From positions 1 to 21,993 of the forward strand of contig BTVY01000072.1 in NCBI GenBank assembly GCA_045863335.1: a DNA stretch of 21,993 nucleotides. Direction: 5' to 3'. Position numbers and translations under genes: made by a program. Position 1 is the first letter of the stretch; each line of letters begins with the position of its first letter. The notes under the pieces were generated by a model. That model did no database searches. It was given only the letters and a program-made list of their open reading frames with translations, and was not told where the DNA came from. Below, piece by piece: positions 6,930 through 15,424 of the stretch. The DNA comes from Candidatus Hydrogenedentota bacterium (GTDB lineage Bacteria; Hydrogenedentota; Hydrogenedentia; Hydrogenedentales; SLHB01).

Positions 6930-8480
6930 GTGGATGCGGCGCGGGCGTCTGCCGCGACCCATCAGACAGCCGGAGGTTTGAAGGCCGTCGACTGGTTGAT
7001 CATCGCGGCATACGCGGTGTCGATGATCGCGTTGGGCTGGTACTACAGCCGCCGGCAAGGCTCCACGAAGGAGTATTTCGTCGGCAGCGGGAACATGCCG
7101 TCATTCCTGATTGGCGTCTCTTTGTTCGCCACACTGCTGAGCACGATCACGTACCTATCACTACCGGGGGAAGTATTGGGGAAAGGCCCGATGTATATGA
7201 CCAGCCTGCTGGCGCTGCCGTTGGCATTTCCGGTGGTGGGTTATGTGCTGCTTCCCGCGTACATGCGGGTCCGCGTGACGAGTGCGTATGAATTGTTGGA
7301 GATGCGGCTGGGCCTGAGCGTGCGGTTGCTGGGGGTCGTGATGTTTCTGGCACTGCGGCTGACGTGGATGTCGCTACTGGTATATCTCGCGTCCAAGGCG
7401 ATGGTCGTGATGATGGGGATCGGCGACGAATGGATACCGGCGGTGGTGCTTGTGACCGGATTCGTGTCGGTCATCTACACGTCGATGGGCGGACTACGGG
7501 CCGTAGTGATTACGGATCTGGTCCAAGTGTGTCTCCTATTTGGCGGGGCATTGCTGGTCATCCTGGTGGTCTGTGTGGACCAGGGCGGTTTCGGCTGGTT
7601 TCCAACGGAATGGCAGGCGCATTGGGACAGGCAGCCCGTGTTCTCGCTAAACCCCGGGACGCGGGTCACGGTGCTTGGGACGCTCGCCAGCATCTTCCTC
7701 ATGTACGTGTGCACTGCGGGCGGCGACCAGGTTTCGATACAGCGGTTCATGTCCACGCGGGACGCGGCTGCCGCGCGCCGGGCGTTCCTGACGCAGCTCT
7801 GCGTCGCGGCGGTTGTCACGACGACGTTGAGCGTTGTGGGCCTGGCGTTACTCGGATATTTTCAGGCCCATCCCGGCTTGCTTCCCGAAGGCATGGGTAT
7901 TGAAGAGAACGCCGACGATATTTATCCGCGATTCATTTCCTTTCATCTGCCCGCGGGCGTTTCGGGGTTCGTGGTGGCGGCCATGTTTGCCGCGGCCATG
8001 TCGAGCATCGATTCGGGCGTGAATTCCATCACGGCGGTCGTGATGACCGATCTGATGGAGCGCTTCGGATTTCACCCGAAGACCGAGAAAGGGCACGTGT
8101 TTGCCGCGCGGTGTCTTGCGTTCGGTATTGGTGCGGCGGCGATGATTGGAAGTTCATTCATGGACGCAATTCCCGGCAATATCACGTCGATTACGGGGAA
8201 AACGGCCAATCTTCTTGTCACTCCGATCTTCGGGCTGTTTTTCTTTGCCATGTTCGTCCCGAATGTGCGGACTGCGAGTGTGTGGGTAGGCTGGTTCTTC
8301 GGCGTAACGACGGCGGTGCTGGTCGGGTTCTCGGGCGCCATCTTCGGATACAACCCGGAGACAGGGTATGATCCGATCAGCTTTCAGTGGATCGCTCCGG
8401 CCGCGTTACTGGCAAATCTCGGGAGCGGCCTGCTCGTCCATTGGTTGTTGCCGCGGCGGCAACGGGGTGTTAACTCGTGA
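6930..8480 (+). CDS. Sodium:solute symporter (SSS/SLC5), sugar or sugar-acid type, about 516 aa
   Basis: Many TM helices with EYFVGSGNMP, SLFATLLSTITYL, SAYELLEMRLG, YTSMGGLRAVVITDLVQ, DQVSIQRF and FAAAMSSIDSGVNS. The start is uncertain because no clear RBS precedes GTG 6930. Confidence 0.92.
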   Translation: MDAARASAATHQTAGGLKAVDWLIIAAYAVSMIALGWYYSRRQGSTKEYFVGSGNMPSFLIGVSLFATLLSTITYLSLPGEVLGKGPMYMTSLLALPLAFPVVGYVLLPAYMRVRVTSAYELLEMRLGLSVRLLGVVMFLALRLTWMSLLVYLASKAMVVMMGIGDEWIPAVVLVTGFVSVIYTSMGGLRAVVITDLVQVCLLFGGALLVILVVCVDQGGFGWFPTEWQAHWDRQPVFSLNPGTRVTVLGTLASIFLMYVCTAGGDQVSIQRFMSTRDAAAARRAFLTQLCVAAVVTTTLSVVGLALLGYFQAHPGLLPEGMGIEENADDIYPRFISFHLPAGVSGFVVAAMFAAAMSSIDSGVNSITAVVMTDLMERFGFHPKTEKGHVFAARCLAFGIGAAAMIGSSFMDAIPGNITSITGKTANLLVTPIFGLFFFAMFVPNVRTASVWVGWFFGVTTAVLVGFSGAIFGYNPETGYDPISFQWIAPAALLANLGSGLLVHWLLPRRQRGVNS

Positions 8481-10360
8481 GCGTGGTTACGGAACATGAA
8501 TTGGCGTGCGACGTGTTGGTCGCGGGAGGCGGCGCGGCGGGGGTGCCGTGCGCTCTGGCGGCGGCGCGGTGCGGCGCGCGTGTCATTCTTTGCCAGGACC
8601 GGAGCGTGCTTGGCGGCAATGCTTCGAGCGAAGTTCGCATGCACATCGTCGGCGCGAACGGCGTGGGCCGGAACGACCGGGGCGCGGAACGTGAGACCGA
8701 AGCCCGGGAAGGTGGCATCGTCGAGGAGATCCGGCTGACCAATTGTGTGCGCAATCCGCAGCGGTCGGCTTCCATGTTTGATCTGATCCTGTACGACCTG
8801 TGCCGGGCTGAGCCCAATCTCACGCTCTTGCTGAACACGGCAATCACCGGTGTCGCGATGCGGGGCGATACCATCGAGTCCGCGATTGCCGAGCGCATCA
8901 GCACGGAAGACCGGTTTCGCATCGCGGCGAAGGTTTTCATCGATTGCACCGGTGACGGGCGGCTGGGCGTCGAGGCGGGCGCGCCGTTCATGGAAGGGCG
9001 GGAGGACAGGCAGCAGTTCGGCGAATCGCTGGCTCGCGAGGTGGCGGACCAGGCGCGGCTCGGCTCATCGATCATGATGCAGGCGCGGAAGCACGACCGG
9101 CCCATGCCCTTCGTGGCACCGGCGTGGGCGCGAACGTTCAGCAAGGACGACCTGCGGTTGCGGCTGTATGCGATGCCCGGCGACGAAGCGCCGACGCATG
9201 AGTACGGCTACTGGTGGGCAGAATGGGGCGGGACGCTGGACACCATCAAGGACAACGAGCGGATTCGGGACGAGTTGTTGGCCGTTGTGCTTGGGATTTG
9301 GGACCACGTGAAGAACGGACCGCCCGAGGCGCGTGGCGCTGATGGTTTCGACGCATCGCACTGGGCACTGGAGTGGATTGGCTTTCTTCCGGGGAAGCGG
9401 GAGAGCCGTCGGTTCATCGGTCAACACGTCCTGACGCAGCAGGATGTGATGAACTCGACACCGTTCGACGACGCCATTGCGTATGGCGGTTGGCCCATCG
9501 ATATTCATCCCGCCGAAGGCGTCGACGCGCCGAACGAGGAACCATGCGTTCAGCATGCCGTGCCGTACCTGTACGACATTCCGTTGCGAGCCTGCGTGTC
9601 GAGCACGATTCGCAATCTCATGTTTGCGGGACGCAACATTTCGGCGACGCATGTTGCGTTCGCGTCCACGCGTGTTATGGCGACCTGCGGCGTTGTGGGG
9701 CAAGGCGCCGGAACGGCGGCCGCGATTGCGGTTGCCCGGGGAATTGCACCTCGCGATTTGGCAAGCGACTCAGAAGCAATAGATGCGATTCAGCAGCGGC
9801 TCTTGCGCGATGACTGTTATCTGGTGGGGCGGTCGAACGCCGGTTCCGAAGACCTTGCGCGAATCGCAATGGTCACCGCAACCAGCGAGCAGCTCGAAGG
9901 TCCGGCGCGGCAGGCTGTGCAAGGGCCTACGCGTGCGACGCACGGCGAGCGGGGCGCGCCGCCGGATCGTCGCGCCGCCGGCACACAGCGGTGGATGTCC
10001 GATCCGGGCGCGGGTTTTCCGGCGACGTTGGAACTTGCGTGGGACTCCCCCATTCTGCTTCGCGAAGTTCAACTCATTTTTGATACGGGCATGCACCGCC
10101 ACCTGACGCTTAGCCACCACGATGGATATACCGCTACCATGATGTGGGGGCGGCCCCAACCGGAAACCGTTCGCGATTACACCGTGAGCGCCTATGTGGA
10201 CGGTGAGTGGGTTCCGTTCGTTACGGTGCGTGACAACTACCTGCGCAGGCGCGTACACGCAATTGAGGTTGCGCGCCCCGTTGCGAAGATTCGGGTTGAG
10301 GTGCAGACAACGAACGGTTTGGATCATGCACGGATTTGCGAGGTTCGCGTCTACGCGTGA
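8477..10360 (+). CDS. FAD-dependent oxidoreductase (FAD_oxidored-like family) with C-terminal beta-sandwich, 627 aa
   Basis: DVLVAGGGAAG dinucleotide fold, LGGNASSE, FIDCTGDG, GKRESRR and AGRNISATHVAFASTRVMAT. The C-terminal ~150 aa look F5/8- or galactose-binding-like (RICEVRVY). GTGA overlap with the symporter stop. Confidence 0.9.
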   Translation: MSVVTEHELACDVLVAGGGAAGVPCALAAARCGARVILCQDRSVLGGNASSEVRMHIVGANGVGRNDRGAERETEAREGGIVEEIRLTNCVRNPQRSASMFDLILYDLCRAEPNLTLLLNTAITGVAMRGDTIESAIAERISTEDRFRIAAKVFIDCTGDGRLGVEAGAPFMEGREDRQQFGESLAREVADQARLGSSIMMQARKHDRPMPFVAPAWARTFSKDDLRLRLYAMPGDEAPTHEYGYWWAEWGGTLDTIKDNERIRDELLAVVLGIWDHVKNGPPEARGADGFDASHWALEWIGFLPGKRESRRFIGQHVLTQQDVMNSTPFDDAIAYGGWPIDIHPAEGVDAPNEEPCVQHAVPYLYDIPLRACVSSTIRNLMFAGRNISATHVAFASTRVMATCGVVGQGAGTAAAIAVARGIAPRDLASDSEAIDAIQQRLLRDDCYLVGRSNAGSEDLARIAMVTATSEQLEGPARQAVQGPTRATHGERGAPPDRRAAGTQRWMSDPGAGFPATLELAWDSPILLREVQLIFDTGMHRHLTLSHHDGYTATMMWGRPQPETVRDYTVSAYVDGEWVPFVTVRDNYLRRRVHAIEVARPVAKIRVEVQTTNGLDHARICEVRVYA

Positions 10361-10366
10361 TCGCTT

Positions 10367-12616
10367 CTACTCTCGAACGCGCGCTTCCCGAGGGCGGTAG
10401 GGTTCGCGGTAGTGGTAGAGCACTTCCATGCGCGACGGTATTCCGGTCACGCCGAGGACATTGCGGGTGCGCATTTCGAGCGTGTTCACTGCGCTGCGGT
10501 TTAGCTGCCAGACGAACTCTGCATCCGCGTCGCGCCAGCCGGTATCGTCCACGTTGATCTCGTAGGACTCAAAGTTCGGGGTGATGCTATGCATCTGCAC
10601 CCGGACGTCTCCCTCCCGCTCTCCGTGCGTCGCGGTGAAGGCGACTTGATTGAGCGTCGGGTAGAAGTCCGCGATGCGATCGCTGTGCAGCGCGTATTGC
10701 AGTTTCCGCGGCGTGGCTTCGTCGTACCAATTCAAGTAGCCGTTCCAGGGCCACCAGGTGCTGCCTTGCGACAAGGGCCGGGGCGTGGGCTGGGAAAAGT
10801 AGTTGTTTCGCGGCATCATGCGGAAGAAGCCGGTCAGGTTGTGTTGCGGTGGCCGTTTGCCTGGGTCCGGGCTGTTCAGCCAGGGCGTGAAGGTCGAAAT
10901 CTCGAGGGGCGGTTTGTTTTCCGGAAGCCCGGAATCGGGATGATTGCACCACGGCTCCGGGCTCATCCAGTCGATGGGATTCGACGCGGACAGGCCGTAC
11001 TTGGCGAGAAAGAATTCGTGCTGCTCGTGAATGTTCACGGGCTCGCCGGTTTCGGTGTTGAACTCGTAGGAGTCGAAGACACTCTCCGGATCGGCGTGCA
11101 CCCATTTGCCGAGATCGTCGATGTATACCTCGACGGATTCGTGGTTGAAGATATTCATGTGCCGCGCCTGGTAGCCGAGCGACGCCAACGATTGAATAAA
11201 CACAATGGAAAACTGGATGCACATCCCCCCCTTTCCGCAGGCGTCGCGCCGGTCGAGGATGTCGAGGGCGTTCCATTCGGGGTAATTCGGCAGCGGCGAT
11301 CCGTGATACCACTGTTGCGACACGAAGTGGCGAAGACGGTTGATCTTCTCGAAGTCGCCATGGGTATCTGCGAGGAGTTCGTCGAGCTTGAGCCGGTTGC
11401 GAAGTTCGGCGAGTTGCAGGGTGGCGGCGTCTTCGTACTGGAATCGGTAGCTCGAATAGCGCAGGCGCGGGTTCTCGCACTCGGTCACGAAGAAGGTATT
11501 GGGTTGCGGGGAATCGAACTGGAGCGTGCGCGTCACGCTTGCGCCCGTCACCACGGGTGTCGCGAGCGGGTTCGTCGTTTCGAGGCGCGCCTCCCATTGT
11601 ATGTAGCGTTTATCCACGCGATCAATTTGGATCGTCGCAGCGTCGCCTTCCGATGCGTTCGAGAACTCACCCCAAACCGCGTCTTCCAGGTCGGGCGTGT
11701 CCGCAAACCGGATGGCCCAGCGGATGGTCGTGCCTTTCGGGGTCGACCCCTGGCCCTCGAAACGGAGCGCCGTGACCTCGCACTGCGGCATAATCGATCG
11801 CGCGTCCGGCGTGGAACCTTCCCATAGATCGATGGCCGGCGACCGGAGGACGCCAAGCGGTTTTCTGCGGGTGAGATTGAGTCGGATGACGTACTCGCCG
11901 GAGACGTCGTTCGTGGAACCGAGCGAGTACTGGTTCCAGGACTTCCCGCCGTCGGTGGACTTGCCGGAATGCTCGCCCACATTGATCGGCTCGAATCCAT
12001 ACTCCGCGCTGTTCGCGTCACCGCGAATTTGTCCGGAACTGATAAGGGCCGTGTTGCCCTGGTACACGAACTTTCCGCCGCCCGCTTCGTACTCGTCGTC
12101 CCGGGCTATCAGGAGTTGATAGGCCTTGTCCCTGGGAGCGTCGCTGCCGACGACGACTTCGTTTGCGCCCGCCCGCAAGTACTCCACCGGCACCTTCACC
12201 CAATGCCAGTTCGGATCGTGCCAGGAGATGGGATTGCCCTCGATGCGATGGCCGTTGACGATGAGGTAATACGGCGGCTGGTCTTCGCGGCCCGCGGGTT
12301 CCATGTAAAGCACGACGTGCGCGTCCGCGGCCGTCGGGTCGTCCAACTCAAAGGTCTTCTTCGCCAGTACGCCCGCATGAATGCTCTCCTTGAAGGTTCC
12401 TTTCTCGCTGTGCCCCGCGCCGGGGCCGTCGTCCTCGAGCAACACGAGGTCGTTCAGGACGACCCCCGCTTCGCCACGCATGACATCAAAGGCGAATCCC
12501 CACTCATAGGCCTCCAAAGCCGGCATGTCTGTGGCGGCCTCGATGGTCTTGGGCTCCGAGGCCTGGACAAGGGGAAGAGCCAGGCAGGTAAGCAACACGG
12601 CAAGAAAGGATCGCAT
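10367..12616 (-). CDS. Secreted multidomain protein with transglutaminase-like Cys-His-Asp core, 749 aa
   Basis: Signal MRSFLAVLLTCLALPLVQA with AGGAGA RBS before ATG 12616. GGMCIQFS...SLGYQAR...NHESVEVY...KWVHADP matches the transglutaminase-like triad layout. Confidence 0.82.
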   Translation of the reverse strand: MRSFLAVLLTCLALPLVQASEPKTIEAATDMPALEAYEWGFAFDVMRGEAGVVLNDLVLLEDDGPGAGHSEKGTFKESIHAGVLAKKTFELDDPTAADAHVVLYMEPAGREDQPPYYLIVNGHRIEGNPISWHDPNWHWVKVPVEYLRAGANEVVVGSDAPRDKAYQLLIARDDEYEAGGGKFVYQGNTALISSGQIRGDANSAEYGFEPINVGEHSGKSTDGGKSWNQYSLGSTNDVSGEYVIRLNLTRRKPLGVLRSPAIDLWEGSTPDARSIMPQCEVTALRFEGQGSTPKGTTIRWAIRFADTPDLEDAVWGEFSNASEGDAATIQIDRVDKRYIQWEARLETTNPLATPVVTGASVTRTLQFDSPQPNTFFVTECENPRLRYSSYRFQYEDAATLQLAELRNRLKLDELLADTHGDFEKINRLRHFVSQQWYHGSPLPNYPEWNALDILDRRDACGKGGMCIQFSIVFIQSLASLGYQARHMNIFNHESVEVYIDDLGKWVHADPESVFDSYEFNTETGEPVNIHEQHEFFLAKYGLSASNPIDWMSPEPWCNHPDSGLPENKPPLEISTFTPWLNSPDPGKRPPQHNLTGFFRMMPRNNYFSQPTPRPLSQGSTWWPWNGYLNWYDEATPRKLQYALHSDRIADFYPTLNQVAFTATHGEREGDVRVQMHSITPNFESYEINVDDTGWRDADAEFVWQLNRSAVNTLEMRTRNVLGVTGIPSRMEVLYHYREPYRPREARVRE

Positions 12617-12701
12617 TGGAGTCGTCTCCTCAATCGGTGCGCCTGCGGGACTTGGGGGGCCGCAGCAGTTCGGATGACATCGTACCACGACGCGGCGGAT
12701 C

Positions 12702-12730
12702 TTGACAGCCTGCGACGCGGCTCGTAGAGT
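12702..12730 (+). promoter_or_regulatory. sigma70-type promoter for the PL10-like/Gfo/Gfo unit
   Basis: TTGACA (12702-12707), 17-nt spacer, TAGAGT (12725-12730), followed by AGGAGG and TTG start at 12773. Confidence 0.7.
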
Positions 12731-12772
12731 GCAGCAGGATTCGCTATCGCTAACGCAGGAGGACCTATTCAC

Positions 12773-14281
12773 TTGCGCATCTTTTCATTCAGAACCGGGA
12801 CTGCGGCGGCTGCACTTGTCATCGCAAGTTACTTCTCGCACGGCGTGCGCGGGGACGCGCCGTCGCGTCAGGCCGTTCTGGATACCATGGCAAAGGCCAC
12901 AGGTTTCATGATGAACACGGTGTCCAATCGGGGCGGATTCGTCTGGGCGTACAGTCTCGATCTGGAACCGTTTGGGGAATTGCCCGCACGCGCGAGCATG
13001 ATCTGGGTGGAGCCTCCGGGGACGCCTTCGGTGGGGCTGATGCTGCTGGAAGCGTATCGCGCGACCGATGACAAGTCCTATCTGGAGGCCGCCAAGCGCA
13101 TGGCCGAACCGCTGATTTGGGGACAGCATCCGTCCGGGGGATGGCACTACTTCATCGATTTCGAACCAGAAACCTTGCCTGACTACTACGAAAAGTTCTT
13201 CTCGCAGTGCTGGGGTTGGCAGGAGTATCTCCATTATTACGGCAACTGCACCTTTGACGATTTCAGCACGTCAGAACCGACTCGATTCCTGCTGCATCTC
13301 TACGAAGTGACGCAGGAGCCGAAGTACCGTGAGCCGCTGGACCGGGCGCTGGGGCACATCCTGCGGGCGCAATATCCGAACGGCGCGTGGCCGCAACGGT
13401 ATCCGACGGGCAAGCTGTTCCCGCGCGACGATCACCCCGATTACACGCCGTTTTACACGTTTAACGACGGGGTCATGCTGGACACGATCAAAGTGCTGCT
13501 GGAAGCGCACACGGTGCTCGGCGATCCACGATTCGAAGCGGCGGCACGGCGGGGAATGGACTTCTATCTGATCGCCCAATTGCCGGAACCGCAGGCGGGG
13601 TGGGCGCAGCAGTATGATTTCGACATGCGACCGGCGTGGGGCCGTCCCTTCGAGATCGGCACAGTGTGCGCGGGCGAGACGGCCTCGTGCATTCAGGACC
13701 TCATACTCTTCTACAAAATCACCGGCGACGGCCGGTATCTGGACGCCATTCCGTCTGCGCTGGACTGGCTGGGACGTTCAATCATCCCCGGTGTCGAAGG
13801 CTACACGCACACGTACTACTACGAACTCGGCACGAACCGTCCGTTGTATATCCGCCAGACCGGAGAAACCATCGAGGATGTCCAATACACGGTGACGGAC
13901 GAGGTCGAGGGAAGTTATCCATATGGGAACAAGTTCTCGTTGGATGTCAAATCCATGCGGCGGGAGTACGAACGGGTGAAGAGCCTCACGACTGCGCAGG
14001 CACGGGCGGAGTACGAGGCTTCGCTGACGAGCGATCGGCTGCCGCATGAGGTGAAGGGCGGCTATCTGGCGAACGCGTTGAGCGCAACTTCGCAGGATGC
14101 GGACGGTATCGCGGCGATTGTCGAATCGCTGGATGACCGCGGCGGTTGGCGCGAAACGATCACGATCATGGACCCGTTCTCGCCGTTTACGAAACCGCCG
14201 CGGGAGTTTGAGGGGTACAGCACCGGCGGGTACATTGGCCGGATGTACCGGTTGATCAACTTTCTCAACGAAAGCAGGTAG
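12773..14281 (+). CDS. Secreted pectate-lyase-like protein, PL10 (PelA/Pel-15E)-related, paralogue 1, 502 aa
   Basis: CTFDD, AQYPNGAWPQRYP, YTFNDGVM and QAGWAQQYDFDMRPAWGRPFE correspond to PL10 blocks. N-terminal signal-like segment and AGGAGG RBS. Confidence 0.8.
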   Translation: MRIFSFRTGTAAAALVIASYFSHGVRGDAPSRQAVLDTMAKATGFMMNTVSNRGGFVWAYSLDLEPFGELPARASMIWVEPPGTPSVGLMLLEAYRATDDKSYLEAAKRMAEPLIWGQHPSGGWHYFIDFEPETLPDYYEKFFSQCWGWQEYLHYYGNCTFDDFSTSEPTRFLLHLYEVTQEPKYREPLDRALGHILRAQYPNGAWPQRYPTGKLFPRDDHPDYTPFYTFNDGVMLDTIKVLLEAHTVLGDPRFEAAARRGMDFYLIAQLPEPQAGWAQQYDFDMRPAWGRPFEIGTVCAGETASCIQDLILFYKITGDGRYLDAIPSALDWLGRSIIPGVEGYTHTYYYELGTNRPLYIRQTGETIEDVQYTVTDEVEGSYPYGNKFSLDVKSMRREYERVKSLTTAQARAEYEASLTSDRLPHEVKGGYLANALSATSQDADGIAAIVESLDDRGGWRETITIMDPFSPFTKPPREFEGYSTGGYIGRMYRLINFLNESR

Positions 14282-14287
14282 GGGCGC

Positions 14288-15334
14288 ATGAGCATTGAGG
14301 CAAGTATCATCGGCGTGGGGATCATGGGCAAGGCCGTGGCGCGGTCGCTGCGGCACAATCCCGATGTCAAGCTATGCGCTGTTTCCGATCTGTCCGAGGA
14401 TACTCTGAAGACCTTTGCCGAAGAGTTCCCCGACGTGAAATGTTTCACCGATTACCGGCGGATGCTGGACGAGTGCAAACCGGAGGTTGCGTTCATCGCC
14501 ACGCCGGACTGGGCCCATCGCGACCCGGCAATGGACTGCCTGGCCCGCGGGATTCACGTGCATGTGGAGAAACCGCTGACCACGGACGAAGGCGAAGCCG
14601 CGGAGATCGTTGCGGAAGTGCGGAGGACGGGACTGAAACTCCAGGTCTCGTACAATCATCGCTGGTTGGCGCCGTACTACACGACCTTCGAGAAGATCCG
14701 CAGCGGAAATCTGGGCAGCCCGCTCATCGGCTACGCGCGAAAGAACAATCCCATCACGGTTCCGACGGAGATGCTCGCGTCCTGGGCGAAAGAGAGTTCC
14801 CCGCTATGGTTTCAATCGTCGCACGACATCGATCTCATGTGCTGGTGGTTTGACGACACGCCGGTCGAGGTCACCTGCCGCGGCGTCAAGAAGGTGCTGA
14901 AGGAGCGGTTCGGCTGGGACACCTACGATGGACTCCAGGGGCTCGTGACCTTCGCGCGAGGCGGTGTTGCGACCTTCGAGGCCGCGTGGGTGTATCCGCC
15001 GACGCATCCCGCGATGCCGGATTCGTTTATGTCAGTGGTGTGCGAGCAGGGGCATTTGCAGATCAATCGCAAGGACGAGGCGATTGAGATGAGCGACCCG
15101 GACCGATTCAGTTGGCCTCGGTCGTTTCTGAATGCGAAGGTGTTCGACCGCTGGGTGGGCGCGTTTCCGTCGTGCATCAATAGTTTCATTGACGCCGTGC
15201 GCGAGGATCGCGAACCCTTCGTGACGGCGCTGGATGGGTGGCGCGTGACGGCGGTATTGGAGGCCATGCACCGTTCCGCCGATACGGGGGAAACGGTGAA
15301 AGTCGCCGCATTGCCCGGAAGAACATCCCCCTGA
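14288..15334 (+). CDS. Gfo/Idh/MocA oxidoreductase (no signal peptide), 348 aa
   Basis: IIGVGIMG, IATPDWAH, HVEKP, YNHRW and SHDID motifs. Starts 6 nt after the PL10-like stop. Confidence 0.93.
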   Translation: MSIEASIIGVGIMGKAVARSLRHNPDVKLCAVSDLSEDTLKTFAEEFPDVKCFTDYRRMLDECKPEVAFIATPDWAHRDPAMDCLARGIHVHVEKPLTTDEGEAAEIVAEVRRTGLKLQVSYNHRWLAPYYTTFEKIRSGNLGSPLIGYARKNNPITVPTEMLASWAKESSPLWFQSSHDIDLMCWWFDDTPVEVTCRGVKKVLKERFGWDTYDGLQGLVTFARGGVATFEAAWVYPPTHPAMPDSFMSVVCEQGHLQINRKDEAIEMSDPDRFSWPRSFLNAKVFDRWVGAFPSCINSFIDAVREDREPFVTALDGWRVTAVLEAMHRSADTGETVKVAALPGRTSP

Positions 15335-15356
15335 ATCCCCCTGCGAAGGGGGACTT
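15321..15356 (+). repeat. Dispersed repeat family A, copy 2, overlapping the stop codon of the upstream Gfo gene
   Basis: GAACATCCCCCTGAATCCCCCTGCGAAGGGGGACTT. The TGA at 15332-15334 lies inside the repeat. Confidence 0.85.
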
Positions 15357-15424
15357 GAAACAGTGGACGCTAAGTTCTCCTGCGAACGGGACTGGTGTTC
15401 AAAGTGATCGAAAGGAGAATTCCC

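Noticed and set aside
4328-6981. Long plus-strand ORFs 4328..5293 and 5878..6981
   Set aside because: Antisense shadows of well-supported minus-strand genes, as expected in high-GC DNA, with no motifs.
10587-11827. Overlapping ORFs 10589..11827 (+) and 10587..11597 (-)
   Set aside because: Shadow or alternative frames of the transglutaminase-like gene with low-information translations and no motifs.
15332-15424. Selenocysteine or readthrough fusion of the two in-frame Gfo genes (TGA followed by a hairpin)
   Set aside because: Two more in-frame stops follow (TGA 15356-15358, TAA 15371-15373), the hairpin is a dispersed repeat, and the second gene has its own RBS.
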